Part shown: positions 1 to 17,500 of the stretch, in pieces
How the letters are laid out: every line of letters begins with the position of its first letter
Position numbering within the stretch: the first letter of the stretch is position 1
Source: the human T2T-CHM13v2.0 reference genome, Homo sapiens
NCBI RefSeq assembly: GCF_009914755.1
Contig: NC_060927.1
Direction: 5' to 3' (one strand)
Length of the DNA: 64,000 bases
Translations under genes and position numbers: made by a program
The notes under the pieces: generated by a model
Seen by the model: only the letters and a program-made list of their open reading frames with translations
What the model was told of the DNA's origin: nothing
Database searches by the model: none

Positions 1-3000
1 TTTCTACAAAAAGAGAGTTTTGAAACTGCTCTATCGAAAGGAAGGTTCAACTCTGAGAGTTGAAAGCACATATCACAAAGAAGTTTCTGAGAATCCTTCT
101 GTTTAGTTTTATATGAAGAAATCACGTTTCAAACGAAGGCCACAAAGGGGTCAAAATATCCACTTGCAGATTTTACAAAAAGAGTGTTTCAAAACTGCTC
201 CATCAAAAGGAATGTTCAACTCTGTGAGTTGAATGAAAATATCACAAAGTAGTCTCTGACAATGCTTCTGTCTAGTTTTTATGTGAAGATATCTCCTTTT
301 CTACCGTAGGTCTCGCAGCACTCTAAATATACACTTGCAAATTCCACAAAAAGAGTGTTTCAAAACTGCTCTATCAAAAGAAAGGTTAAATTCTGTATGC
401 TGAATGCAAACATCACAAAGTAGTTTCTGAGAATGATTCTATCTAGTTTTTCTATTAATATATTTCCTTTTCCACCACAGGCCTCAAACCGCTCTAAATA
501 TCCACTTGGAAAATCTACAAAAAGAGTATTTCAAAACTGCTCTATCGAAATGAAGGTACAACTCTGTGAGTTGAATGCACACATCACAAATAGGTTTCTG
601 AGAATTATTCAGTCAAGTTTCATATGAAGAAAACCCGTTTCCAAAAAGGCCTCAAAAAAGTCCAAATATTCACTTGCAGAGTCTACAAAAAGAGGGTTTC
701 AAACCTGGTCTATCGAAAGAAAGTTTAAACTCTGCGAGTTGAACACACACACCACAAAGTAGTTTCTGAGAATTATTCTGTCTGGTTTTTCGATGAAGAT
801 ATTGCCTTTTCTACCATAGGCCCCACATGGCGCTAAATATCCCCTTGGAAATTCTACAAAAAGAGAGTTTCAAAACTGCTCTATCGAAAGGAAGGTTCAA
901 CTCTGCGAGTTGAAAGCGCACATCAAAAAGAAGTTTCTGAGAATTCTTCTGTCTTGTTTTATAAGAAGAAAATACATTTCACACGAAGGCCACGTAGAGA
1001 TCCAAATATCCACTGGCAGATTCTACAAAAAGAGTGTTCCAAAACTGCTCTATGAAGAGGAATGTTCAACTCTGTGATTTGAATGCAAATATCCCAAACT
1101 AGTTTCTGATAATGCTTCTGTGTAATTTTTATGTGAAGTTATTTCCTTTTCTACCATAGGCCTCAAAGCGCTCTAAATATACACTTGCAAATTCCACAAA
1201 AAGAGTATTTCAAAACTGCTCTATAAAAAGAAAGGTTAATCACTCTAAGCTGAATGCATACATCACAAAGGAGGTTCTGAGAATGATTCTGTATAGTTTT
1301 TCTATGAAGATATTTCCTTTTCTACCACAGGCCACAAACCGCTCTGAATATCCACTTGGAATGTCTACAAAAAGATTATTTCAAAACTGCTCTATCGAAA
1401 TGAAATTTCAACTCTGGGATCTAAATGCACAAATCACAAGAAAGTTTCTGAGAATTCCTCTCTCAAGTTTTTTATGAAGAAATCCCGTTTCCAACGAAGG
1501 CCTCAAAAAAGTCCAAATACTCACTAGCAGATTCTACAAAAAGAGTGTTTCAAAACTACTCTATCAAAAGAAAGGTTAAGATCTTTGAATTGGACGCACA
1601 CACCACAAAGTCGTTTCTGAGAATCATTCTGTCTGGTTTTTCTATGAAATTATTGTCTTTTCTACCAGAGGCCTCAAACGGTGCTAAATATCCACTTGGA
1701 AATTCTACAAAAGGAGAGCTTCAACACTGCAGTATCGAAAGGAAGGTTCAACTCTGTGAGTTGAAAGCACACATCCCAAAGAGGTTTCTGAGAATTCTTC
1801 TGTCTAGTTTTATATGAAGAAATCACGTTTCAAAAGATGGACACAAAGAGGTCCAATTATCCACTTACACATTCTACAAAAAGATTGTTTCAAAACTGCC
1901 CTATCAAGGGGAATGTTCAGCTCTGTGAGTGAATGCAAATATCACAAAGTAGTTTCTGACAATGCTTCTGTCTAGTTTTTATGTGAAGATATTTCCTTTT
2001 CTACCGTAGGCCTCAAAGCGCTCTAAATATACAATTGCAAATTCCACAAAAAGAGGGTTTCAAAACTGCTGTATCAAAATAAATGTTAAACTCTCTGTGT
2101 TGAACGCACACACCACAAAGTAGTTTCTGAGAAACATTCTGTCTAGTTTTTCAATGAGGACATTGCTTTTTCTAACTTAGGCGTCAAATGGGGCTAAATA
2201 TCCACTTGGAAATTCTACAAAAAGAGGGTTTCAAAACTGCTCTATCGAAAGGAATGTTCAATTCTGTGAGTTGAAAGCATACATCACAAAGAAGTTTCTG
2301 AGAATTCTTCTGTCTAGTTTTATGTGAAGAAATCGTGTTTCAAACGAAGGCCACAAAGAGGTCCAAATACCCACTTGCAGATTCTACTAAAAGAGTGTTT
2401 CAAAACTGCTCTATCAAGAGGAATGTTCAACTCTGTGAGTTGAATGCAAATATCACAAATTAGTTTCTAACAATGCTTCTGTCTAGTTTTTATGTGAAGA
2501 TATTTCCTTTTCTACTGTGGGCCTCAAAGCGCTCTAAATATACACTTGCAGATTCCGCAAAAAGTGTGTTTTAAAACTGCCCTATCAAAAGAAAGGTTGA
2601 ACTCTGTAAGCTGAGAGTTCACACATCAGGAAGTACTTTCTGAGAATGATTCTCTCTAGTTTTTCTATGAAGATATTTCCTTTTCTACCACAGTCCTCAA
2701 ACCGCTGTAAATATCCACTTGGAAACCCGACAAAAAGAGTATTTCAAAACTGCTCTACCGAAAGGAACGTTCAACCCCGTGAGTTGAATGCACACATCAC
2801 AAATAAGTTTCTGAGAATTCTTCTGTCAAGTTTTATATGAAGAAATCCCGTTTAAAAAGAAGGCCTCAAAACAGTCCAAATATTCCCTTGCAGATTCTGC
2901 AAAAAGAGTGTTTCTAAACTGATCTATCAAAAGAAATGTTAAAATCTGTGAGTTGAACGCACACACCACAAAGTAGTTTCTGAGAATCATTCTATTTAGT

Positions 3001-3242
3001 TGTTCTAGGAAATTATTGCCTTTTCTACCATAGGCCGCAAACGACGTTAATATCCTCTTGGAAATACCTCAAAAAGAGAGTTTAAAAATTGCTGCATCGA
3101 AAGGAAGGTTCAACTCTGTGAGTTGAAAGTACACATCTCAAAGAAGTTTCTGAGAATTCTTCTGTCTAGTTTTATATGAAGAAATCACGTTTCAAACGAT
3201 GGCCACAAAGAGATCCAATCATCCACTGGGAGATTCTACCAA
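1..3242. repeat. Alpha satellite array, ~171-bp monomers, divergent pentamer-based higher-order structure (left of L1)
   Basis: The motifs tttcaaaactgctctatc, ctctgtgagttgaatgcacacatcacaaag and gtttctgagaat recur every ~170 bp. The box position carries either a CENP-B-type or a pJalpha-type (ttccttttctaccatag) sequence. The B' monomer recurs at ~120, ~970 and ~1820. Confidence 0.99.
1483..1499 (-). promoter_or_regulatory. Canonical CENP-B box
   Basis: tcccgtttccaacgaag is the reverse complement of CTTCGTTGGAAACGGGA. Confidence 0.95.
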
Positions 3243-5548
<2,306 letters not shown>

Positions 5549-8500
5549 CTGTTTCATAACTGCCCTATCAATGGGAATGTTTAGCTTTTGAGTGAATGCA
5601 AATATCACAAAGTATTTTCTGACAATGTTTCTCTCTAGTTTTTATGTGAAGGTATTTCCTTTTCTGCCTTAGGCCTCAAAGCGCTCTAAATATACACTTG
5701 CAAATTCCACAAAAAGAGAGTTTCAAAACTGCTCTATCAAAAGAAAGGTTAAAGTCTGTGAGTTGAACGCACACACCACAAAGTAGTTTCTGAGAATTCT
5801 TCTGTCTCATTTTATATGAAAAAATGACGTTTCAAAAGAAGGCCACAAAGAGTTACAAATATCCACTTGCAGATTCTACAAAAAGAGTGTTTCAAAACTG
5901 CTCTATCACGAGGAATGTTCAACTCTGTTAGTTGAATGCAAATATCGCAAAGTAGTTTCTGACAATACTTCTGTCTAGTTTTTACATGAAGACATTTCCT
6001 TTTCTACCGTATGCCTCATAGCGCTCTAAATATACACTCGGAAATTCCACAAAAAGAATGTTTCAAAACTGGTCCACGAAAAGAAAGGTTGAACTCTGTA
6101 AGCTGAATGCACACATCACAAAGAAATTTCTGAGAATGATTCTGTCTAGAGTTTCTTTGAAGATATTTCCTTTTCTACTATGGGCCTCAAAACGCTCTAA
6201 ATATACACTAGGAAATTCTAAAAAAAGAGTATTTAAAAACTGCTCTATCGAAGGGAAGGTTCAAACCTGTGTGTTCAATGCACATATTACAAAGATGTTT
6301 CTGAGAATTCTTCTGTCAAATTTTATATGAAGAAATCCCGCATCCAAAGAAGGCCTCAAGAAAGTCCAAATATTCACTTGCAGATTCTACAAACAGAGTG
6401 TTTCAAAACTGTTCTATCAAAAGAAAATTTAAATTCAGTGAGTTGAACGCACAAATCACAAAGTAGTTTCTGAGAATGATTCTGTTTAGTTTTTCTATGA
6501 AGATATTTCCTTATTTACCTTAGGCCTCAAACTGCTCTAAATATCAACTTGGAAATACTGCAATAAGAGAGTTTCAAAACTGCTCTATCGAAAGGAAGGT
6601 TCAACACTGAGAATTGAAAGCACACTTCAGAAATAAGTTTCTGAGAAATCTTCTGTCTAGTTTTAAATGAAGAAATCACGTTTCAAAAAAAGGTCACAAA
6701 GAGGTCCAAATATCCACCAGCAGATTCTACAAAAAGAGTGTTTCAAAACTGGTCTATCAAGAGGAATGTTCAACTCTGTGTGTTGAATGCAAATATCACA
6801 AAATAGTTTATGACAATGCTTCTGTCTAATATTTAGGTGAAGATATTTCCTTTTCTACCATAGGCTTCAAAGCGCTCTAAATGTACATTTGCAAATTCCA
6901 CAAAATAGTGTTTCACAACTGCTCTATCAAAAGGAAGGTTAACAGCTGCAAGCTTAATGCACACATTACAAAGTAGTTTCTGAGAATGATTCTGTCTAGC
7001 TTTTCTATGAAGATATTTCCTTTTCTACCAGAGGCCTCAAACTGCTCTAAATATCCACTTGGAAATTCTAAAAAAAGAGTATTTCAAAAGTGCTCTATCG
7101 AAAGGAAGTTTCAACTCTGTGAGTTGAATGCACACATCACAATGAAGTTTCTGAGAATTCTTCTGTCCAGTTTTATTTCAAGGAATTCCGTTTCCAATGA
7201 AGACCTCGAAAAGTCCAAATATTCACTTGCAGATTCTACAAATTGTGTGTTTCAAAACTGCTCTATCAAAAGAAAGATAAAACTCTGTGAGTTGAACGCA
7301 CATATCACAATGTAGTTTCAGAGAATCATTCTGTCTAGTTTTTCTATGAAGATATTTCCTTTTCTACAATTGGCCTCAAACGGTGGTAAATATCCACTAG
7401 GAAATTCTACAAAAATAGAGGAGTTTCAGAACTGCTCTATCGAAAGAAAAATACAACTCTGTGAGTTGAAAGCACACATCACAAAGAATTTCTGAGAATT
7501 CTTCTTTCTAGTTTTATATGAAGAAATCACTTTTCAAACGAAGGCCACAATGAGGTCGAAATATCCACTTGCAGGTTCTACAAAAAAAGTTTTTCAAAAC
7601 TGCTCTATGAAGAGCAATGTTAAACACTGTGAGTTGAAAGCAACTATCGCAAATTAGTTTCTGACAATGCTTCTGTCTAGTTTTTATTTGAAGTTATTTC
7701 TTTTCTACCTTAGGCTTCAAAGCGCTCTAAATAGACACTTGCAAATACCACAAAAATAGTGTTTCAAAACTGCTCTATCAAAGGAAAGTTTAAACACTGT
7801 AAGCTGAATGCACCCATCACAAAGTAGTTTCTGAGAATGATTCTGTCTAGTTTTTATATGAAGATATTTTCTTTTCAATCATTGGCCTCAAATCGCACTA
7901 AATATCCACTTGGAAATTCTACAAAAAGATTATTTCAAAACTGCTGTATCGAAAGGAATGTTCAACTCTGTCTGTTGAATGCACACATCACTAAGAAGTT
8001 TCGGAGAATTCTTCTGACAAGTCTTATATGAAGAAATCCCGTTGCCAAATAAGGCCTCAGAAAAATCCAAATATTCATTTGCAGATTCTACACAAAGAGT
8101 CTTTCAAAACTGCTCTATCAAAAGAAAGGTTAAACTCTGTGAATTGAATGCACACATCACAAAGTAGTTTCTGAGAATCATTCTGTCTAGTTTTTCCATG
8201 AAGATACGGCCTTTACTACATAGGCTTCAAACGGTGCTAAATATCCACTTGGAAATTCTACAAAAACAGAGTTTCGTAACTGCTCTATCGAAAAGAAGTT
8301 TCAACTCTGTGAGTTGAAAGCACACATCACAATGGAGTTTCTGATAATTCTTCTGTCAAGTTTTATATGAAGAAACCCCGTTTTCAATAGTGGCCTCTAA
8401 AAAGTCCAAATATTCACTTGCAGGTTCTACAAAAAGAGTGTTTCAAAACTGCTCTATCAAAAGAAAGGTTAAACTCTGTGAGTTGAATGCACACATCACA

Positions 8501-11500
8501 AAATAGTTTCTGAGACTCTTTCTGTCTAATTTTTCTATGAAGATATGTTCTTTTATACCATAGGCCTCAAACGGTGCTAAATATACACCTGGAAATTCTA
8601 CAAAAAGAGAGTTTCAAAACTTCTCTATCAAAAGAAATGTTCAGCTCTGTGAGTTGAATGCAGATATCACAAAGTAGTTTCTGACAATGCTTCTGTCTAG
8701 TTTTATTGTGAAGATATTTCCTTTTCTACCGTAGCCCTCAAAGCGCTCTAAATATACACTTGCAAATTCCCCAAAAAGAGTGTTACAAAACTGCTCTATC
8801 AAAGGAAAGGTTAAACTCTGTAAGCTTCATGCACACATCAGGAAGTAGTTTTTTCAGAATGATTTTGTACAGGTTTTCTATCAAGATATTTCCTTTTCTA
8901 CCATATGCCTCAAACGGTGCTAAACATCAACTTGGAAATTCTACAAAAAGAGTATTTCAAAACTGCTCTATTGAAAGGAAGGTTCAACTCTGAGAGTTGA
9001 ATGGACACATCACAAAGAATTTTCTGAGAATTCTTCTGTCTAGTTCTATATGAAGAAATCACTTTTCAAAGGAAGGCAAAAAAGAGGTCCAAATATCCAC
9101 ATGCAGATTCTACAAAAAGAGTGTTTCAAAACTGCTCTATCAAGAGGAACGTTCAACTGTGTGAGTTGCATGGAAATATCACAAAGTAGTTTATGACAAT
9201 GCTTCTGTCTTGTTTTTATGTGAAGATATTTCCTTTTCTACTGTAGGCCTCAAAGCCATCTAAATATACACTTCCAAATTCCACAAAAAGAGGGTTTCAA
9301 AACTGCTGTATCAAAAAAAAGGTTAAATTGTATAAGCTGAATGCACACATCACAAAGTAGTTTCTGAGAATGATTCTGCCTAATTTTTCTATGAAGATAT
9401 TTTCTTTTCTACCATAGGCCTCAAACCGCTCTAAATAACCACTTGGAAATTCTGCAAAAAGAGAATTTCAAAACTTCTCTATCCAAAGGAAGGTTCAACT
9501 CTGTGACTTGAATGCACACATCACAAAGAAGTTAACGAGAATTCTTCTGTCAAGTTTTGTATGAATAAAACCCGTTTCCAACGAAGGCCTGAAATAAGTC
9601 GAAATATTCCCTTGCAGATTCTACAAAAAGAGTTTTTCTAAACTGCTCTATCAAAAGAAAGGTTAAACTCTGTGAGTTGAACGCACACACCACAAAGTAG
9701 TTTCTGAGAATGATTGTGTCTAGCTTTTCTATGAAATTATTGCCTTTTCTACAATAGGCCTCAAACGGCAATAAATATCCACTTGGAAATTCTACAAAAT
9801 GAGAGTTTCAAAACTGCTCTATCGAAAGGAAGGATCAACTCTATGAGTTGAAAGCACACATCACAAAGAAGTTTCTGAGAATTCTTCTGTCTAGTTTTAT
9901 TTGAAGAAATCACTTTTCAAGCGAAGGCCACAAAGAGGTCGAAATATCCACTTGCAGTTTCTACAAAAAGAGTGTTTCAGAACTGCTCTGTCAAGAGGAA
10001 TATTCAACTCTGTGAGTTGATTGCAAATACCACAAAGTAGTTTCTGACAATGCTTCTGTCTAGTTTTTATTTGAAGAAATTTCCTTTTCAAAAGTAGGCT
10101 TCAAAGCGCTCTAAATATACACTTACAAATACCACAAAAAGAATGTTTCAAAACTGCTCAACGAAAAGAAAGATTAAACTCTGTTATCTGAATGCACACA
10201 TCACAAAGAAGTATCTGAGAATGATTCTGTCTAGTTTTTCTAAGAAGATATTTCCTTTTCTACCACAGGCCTCAAGCCGCTCTAAATATTCACTTGGAAA
10301 TACTTCAAGAAGATTATTTCAAAACTGCTCTATCGAAATGAAGGTTCAACTCTGTGAGTTGAAAACACACATCACAAAGAAGTTTATCAGAATTGTTTTG
10401 TGTAGTTTTATACGAAGAAATCACGTTTCTAAAGAAGACCACAAAGAGGTCCAAATATACACTCGCAGATTCTACAAAAAGAATGTTTCAAAACTGCTCT
10501 ATCAAGAGGAATATTCAACTCTGTGAGTTGAGTGCAAATATCACAAAGCAGTTTCTTACAGTGCTTCTGTCTGGTTTTTATGGGAAGATATTTCCTTTTC
10601 TACAATAGTTCTCAAAGAGCTCCAAATATACACTTGCAAATTCCACAGAAAGAGTGTTTCAATACTGCTCTATCAAAAGAAAATTTAAACTCTGTAAGTT
10701 GAATGCCCAAATCACAAAGAAGTTTCTGAGAATGATTCTGTCTAGTTTTCCTGTGAAGATATTTCTTTTTCTACCAGAGACCTCAAACCACTCTAAATAA
10801 CCACTTGGAAAAACTACAAAAAAAATAGTATTTCAAAACTGCTCTATCGAAAGGAAGGTTCAAACCTGTGAGTTGAATGCACACATCACTAGAAGTTTCT
10901 GAGAATTCTTCTGTCACGTTTTATACGAAGAAATCCCGTATCCAGAGAAGGCCTTAAAATAACCGAAATATTCATTTGCAGATTCTACAAAAAGTGGGTT
11001 TCAAATCTGCTCTATCAAAAGAAAGTTTGAACCATGGGAGTTGAACGCACACATCACAAAGTAGCTGCTGACAATCATTCTGTATAGTTTTTCTATGAAG
11101 ATATTTCCTTTTCTACAACAGGCCTCAAACGGCGCTAAATATCCACTTGGAAATTCTACAGAAAGAGAGATTCAAAACTGCTCTATCGAAAGATAGATTC
11201 AAATCTGTGAGTTGAAAGCACACATCACAAAGAAGTTTCTGAGAATTATTCTGTCTAGTTTCATATGTAGAAATCACGTTTCAAACGAAGGCCACAAGGA
11301 AGTCTAAATATCCACTTACAGATTCTACAAAAAGAGTGTTTTAAACTGCTCTATAAAGAGGAATGTTCAACCCTGTGAGTTGAATGCAAATATCACAACG
11401 CAGTTTCTGACAATGATTCTGTCTATTTTTTCTGTGAAGATATTTCCTTTTCTACCATAGGCATCAAAGCGCTGTAAATATACATTTGCAAATACTACAA

Positions 11501-14484
11501 AAAGATTGTTTCAAAACTGCTCTATATAAAGAAAGGTTAAACCCTGTAAGCTGAATGCCCACATCACAAAGTAGTTTCTGAGAATGATTTTGTCTAGTTT
11601 TTCTATGAACATATTTCGTTTTCTACCACAGGCCCCAAAACGAACTAAATATCCATTTGGAAATTCTACAAAAGGAGGATTTCAACAATGCTCTATCGAG
11701 AGGAAGGTTCAACGCTGTGAGTTGAAAGCACACGTCACAGAATAGTTTCTGAGGATTCTTCTGTCAGGTTTTATGTAAAGAAATCCCTTTTCCAAAGAAG
11801 GCCTAAAAATGTCCAAATATTCACTTGCAGATTCCACAAAAAGAGTGTCTCAAAACTGCTGTATCGAAAGGAAGGTTCAACTCTGAGTTGAATGCACACA
11901 TCACAAATAAGTTTCTTAGAATTCTTCTGTCAAGTTTTATATGAAGAATTCCCGTTTCCGAAAAGGCCTCGTAAAAGTCCAAATATTCAGTTGCAGATCC
12001 TGCAAAAAGAGTGTTTCAAAACTGCTCTGTCAAAAGAAAGGTTAAACTCTGTGAGTTGAAAGCACACATCACAAAGTAGTTTCTGAGAATCATTCTGTCT
12101 AGTTTTCCTATGAAGATATTTCCTTTTCTAACAGAGGCCTCAAATGGCGCTAAATATCCACATGGAAATTGTACAAAAAAAGACTTCCAAAACTGCTCTA
12201 TCGAAAGGAAGCTTCAACTATGTGAGTTGAAAGCACACATCACAAAGAAGTTTCTGAGAATTCTTCAGTTTAGATTTATAAAATGAAATCACGTTTCAAA
12301 AAAAGGCCACAAAGAAGTCCAAATATCCACTTGCAGATTCTACAAAAAGAGGGTTTCAAAACTGCTCTATCAGGAGGAATGTTCAACTCTGTGAGTTGAA
12401 TGCAAATATTACAAAGTAGTTTCTGACAATGCTTCTGTCTAGTTATTATTTGAAGATATTTGCTTTTCTACCGTAGTCTTCAAATCGCTCTAAATATACA
12501 CTTGCAAATTCCACAAAAAGAGTGTTTCAAAACTGCTCTATCAAATGAAAGGTTAAACTCTGTAAGATGAATGCACTCTTGCAAAGTACTTTCTGAGAAT
12601 GATTCTGTCTAGTTTTTCTATGCAGATATTTCCTTTTCTACCACAGGCCTCAAACCGCTCTACATAACCACTTTTAATTTCTACAAAAATAGTATTTCAA
12701 AACTGCTATATCGAAAGGAAGGTTCAAATCTGTAAGCTGAAATCACACATCACAAAGTAGTTTCTGAGAATTATTCTGTTTAGTTTTATATGATGACATT
12801 ACGTTTCAAAGAAAGGCCACAAAGAGGTACAAATATACAATTGCAGATTCTACAAAAAGTGTGTTTCAAAACTGCTCTATCAAGAGGAATGTTCAACTCT
12901 GTGAGTTGAATGCAAATATCACAAAGTAGTTTCTGACAATGCTTCTGTCTACTTTTTATATGAAGATATTTCCTTTTCTACCGTAGTCCTCAAAGCGCTC
13001 TAAATATACCCTTGCAAATTCCACAAAAAGAGTGTTTCCCAACTGCTCTATCAAAAGAAAGGTTAAACTCGGTAAGCTGAATGCACACATAACAAAGTAG
13101 TTTCTGAGAATGATTTTGTCTAGTTTTTCTATGAGGACATTTCCTTTTCTAAAAGAGACCTCAAACCGCTCTAAATATCCACCTGGAAATTCTACAAAAA
13201 GAGTTTTTCAAAACTGCTGTATCGAAAGGAAGGTTCAACACTGCTAGTCGAATGCACACATCACAAAGAAGTTTCTGAGAATTCTGTCAAGTTTGATATG
13301 AAGAAATCCCTTTCCCAATGAAAGCCTGAAAAAAGTCCAAATATTCACTTGCAGATTCTACAAAAAGTGTGTTTCAAAACTGCTCTGTCAAAAGGAAGGT
13401 TAAACTCTGAGAGTTGAACGCACAGATCACAAAGTAGTTTCTGAGAATATTTCTGTTTAGTTTTCCTATGAGGATAATGCCTTTTCTACCAAAGGCCTCA
13501 AACGGCGTTAAATATCCACTTGGATATTCTACAAAAGACAGTTTCAAAACTGCTCTATCGAAAGGAAGGTTCAACTCTGTGATTTGAAAGCACACACCAC
13601 AAGGAATTTTCTGAGAATTCTTCTGTCTAGTTTCATATGAAGAAATCACGTTTCAAAGGAAGGCCACAAAGAGGTCAAAATATCCACTTGCAGATTCTAC
13701 AAAAAGAGGGTTTCAAAACTGCTCTATCAGGAGGAATGTTCAACTCTGTGAGTTGAATGCAAATATCACAAAGTTGTTTCTGACAGTGCTTCTGTCTAGT
13801 TTTTATGTGACGATATTTCCTTTCTAACACAGGCATCAAAGCGCTATAAATTATACACTTGCAAATTCCACAAAAAGAGTGTTTCAAAACTGCTCTATCA
13901 AAACAAAGTTTAAATCCTTTTAGCAGAATGCACACATCACAAAGTAGTTTCTGAGAAGGATTCTGTCTAGTTTTTATATGAAGATATTTCCTTTTCTGCC
14001 ATAGGCCTCAAATCGCTCTAAATATCCACTTGGAAATTCTACAGAAAATTATTTCAAAACTGCTCTATTGAAAGGAAGGTACAACTTTGTGAGTTGAATG
14101 CACACATCAAAAATAAGATTCTGAGAATCCTTCTGCGAAGTTTTATATGAAGAAATCCCTCTTCCAACGAAGGCCTCAAAAAAATCCGTATATTCACTTG
14201 CAGATTCTTCAAAAAGAGTGTTTCAAAACTCTATCAAAAGAAAGGTTAAACTCTGTGAGTTGAACGCACACATAACAAAGTAGTTTCTGAGAATCATTCT
14301 GTCTAGGTTTTCTATGAAGAAATTGCCTTTTCTACTGTAGGCCTCGCACGGCCCAAAATATCTACTTGGAAATTCTACAAAACGAGAGTTCAAAACTCCT
14401 AAATCCAAAGGAAGGTTCAACTCTGTGAGTTGAAAGCACACATCACAAAGAAATTTCTGAGAATTCCTCTGTCTAGTTTTAAAT

Positions 14485-14528
14485 GAAGCAAACACGTTTC
14501 AAACGAAGCAATCACGTTTCAAACGAAG
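14485..14528 (+). repeat. 20-bp tandem duplication of the variant B' box
   Basis: gaagcaaacacgtttcaaac-gaagcaatcacgtttcaaac-gaag. Confidence 0.92.
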
Positions 14529-17500
14529 GGCACAAAGCGGTGCAAATATCCACTTGCAGATTCTACAAAAAGAGTGTTTCCAAACTGCTCTGTCAAGAGG
14601 AATGTTCAACTCTGTGAGTTGAATGCAAACATCACGAAGTAGTTTCTGACAATGCTTTTGTCTTGTTTTTATGTGAAGATATTTCCTTTTCCAACGGAGG
14701 CCTCAAAGCGCTCTAAATATACACTTGCAAATTCCACAAAAAGAGTGTTTCCAAACTGCTCTAACCAAAGAAATGTTAATCTCCGTAAGTTGCATGCAAA
14801 CATACCAAATTAGTTTCTGAGAATGATTCTATCTAGGTTTTTTATGAAGATATATCCTTTTCTACAACAAGCCTCAAACCGCACTAAATATCCACTTCGA
14901 AATCCTACAAAAAGACTATTTCTAAACAGCACTATCAAAAGGAAGTTGAACTCTGTGACTTGAATGCACACATTACAAAGAAGTTTCTGAGAGTTCTTCG
15001 GTCAGGTTTTATATGAAGAAATCCCGTTTCCAATGAAGGCCTCAAAAAAGTCCAAATATTCACTTACAGATTCTACAAAAAGGTGTTTCAAAACTGCTCT
15101 ATCTAAAGGAAGTTTAAACTCTGTGAGTTGAAGGCACACATCAAAAAGCAGTTTCTGAGAATCATTCTGTCTAGTTTTTCTATGAGGATATTACCTTTTC
15201 TACCAGAGTCCTCAAATGACGTTAAATATCCACTTGGAAATCCTACAAAAAGAGAGTTTCAAAACTGCTCTATCGAAAGTAATTTTCAATCTGAGAGTTG
15301 AAAGCACAAATCACAAGAAGTTTTTGAGAATTCCTCTCTCTAGTTTTGTGTGAAGAAATCATGTTTCAAACGAAGGCCACAAAGAGGTTCAAATATCCAC
15401 TTGCAGATTCTGCAAAAAGAGTGTTTCAAAACTGCTCTATCAAGAGGAATGTTAAACTCTGTGGGTTGAATGCAAATATCTCAAAGTAGTTTCTGACAAT
15501 GCTTCCGTCTTGTTTTTTTGTGAACATATTTCCTTTTCTACCGTAGGCCTCAAAGCACTCACAATATACACTTGGAAATTCCACAAAAAGTGAGTTTCCA
15601 AACTGCTCTATCAAAGAATGTTTAATCTATGTAAGCTGAATGCACACAACAAAAAGTACTTTCTGAGAATGATTCTGAATAATTTTTCAGTGAAGATATT
15701 TCCTTTTCTACCATAGGCCTCAAACCGCTCTAAATATCCGCTTGGAAATACAATAAAAAGAGTATTTCAAAACTGCTCTATGGAAAGGAAGGTTCAACTC
15801 TGTGAGGTGAATGCACACATCACAAAGAAGCTTCTGAGAGTTCCTCTGTCAAGTTTTATAGGAAGAAATCCCATTTCCAACGAAGGCCTCAAACAACTCC
15901 AAATATTCACTTGCAGATTCAACAAAAAGATTGTTTCAAAACCTCTCTATCGAATGAAAGGTTAAACTCTGTGAGTTGAACGCACACATCACAACGTAGT
16001 TTCTGAGAATCATTTTGTCTAGTTTTTCTATGAAGATATTGCCTTTTCTACCACAGGCCCCAAACAGCGCTAAATATCCACTTGGAAATACTACAAAAAG
16101 AGAGTTTCAAAACTCCTCTATCGAAAGGAAGGTACAACTCTGTGAGTTGAAAGCACACATCTCAAAGAAGATTTTGAAAATTCTTCTGTCTAGTTTTATA
16201 TGAAGAAATCACTTTTCAAACGAAGGACACAAAGAGGTGCAAATATCGAATCGCAGATTGTACAAAAAGAGTGTTTCAAAACTGCTCTATCAAGAGGAAT
16301 GTTCAACTCTGTGAGTTGAATACAAATATCAAAAATTAGTTTCTGATAATGCTTCTATCTAGTTTTTATGTGAAGATAATTCCTTTTCTACCGTAGGCCT
16401 CAAAGCACTCTAAATATACATTTCCAAATTCCACAAAAAGAGTTTTTCAAAACTGCTGTATAAAAAGAAAGGTTAAACTATATAAGCTGAATGCACACAT
16501 CAAAAACTAGTTTCTGAGAATGATTCTCTCTAGTTTTTCTATGAAGATATTACCTTTTCTGCCACAGGCCTCAAACCGCTCTAAATATCATCTACTTGGA
16601 AATTCTGCAAAAAGAGTATTTCAAAACTGGTCTATCGAAAGGAAGGTACAACTCTGTGAGGCGAATTCACACTTCACAAAAAGTTTCTGAGATTTCTTCT
16701 GTTAACATTTATATGAAGAAATCCCTTTTCCAAAGAAGGCCTCAAAAAATCCAAATATTCCATTACAGATTCTACAAAAAGAGTGTTTCAAAACTGCTCT
16801 ATCAAAAGAAAGGTTAAACTCTGTGAGGTGAACACACACACCACAAAGTAGTTTCTGAGAATCATTCTGTCTAGTTTTTCTATGAAGATATTTCCTTTTC
16901 CACCATAGTCCTCAAACGGCACTAAATATCTACTTGGAAATTCTACAAAATGAATTTCAAAACTGTTCTATCGAAAGGAAGGTTCAACTCTGTGAGTTGA
17001 AAGCACACATCACAAAGATGTTTCTGAGAATTCTTCTCTTTAGTTGTATATGAAGAAATCACGTATCAAAGGAATGCTACAAAGAGGACCAAATATCCAC
17101 CTCCAGATTCTACTAAAAAAGTGTTTCAAAACTGCTCTATCAAGAGGAATGATCAACTTTGTGAGTTGAAGGCAAATATCACGAAGTAGTTTCCGACAAT
17201 GCTTCTGTCTATTTTTTATGTGAAGATATTTCCTTTTCTACCGTAGACCTCAAAGCGCTCTAAATATACACTTGCAAATTCCCCAAAAAGAATGTTTCAA
17301 AACTGCTCTATCAAAAGGAACGTTAAACTATGTAAGCTGCATGCACACATCACAAAGTAGTTTCGGAGAATGATACTGTCTAGTTTTTCTCTGAATATAT
17401 TTTATTTCCTACCATAGGCCTCAAACCGCTCTAAATATCCACTTGGAAATCCTACAAATAGAGTATTTAAGAACTGCTCTATCTAAAGGAAGGTTCAATA

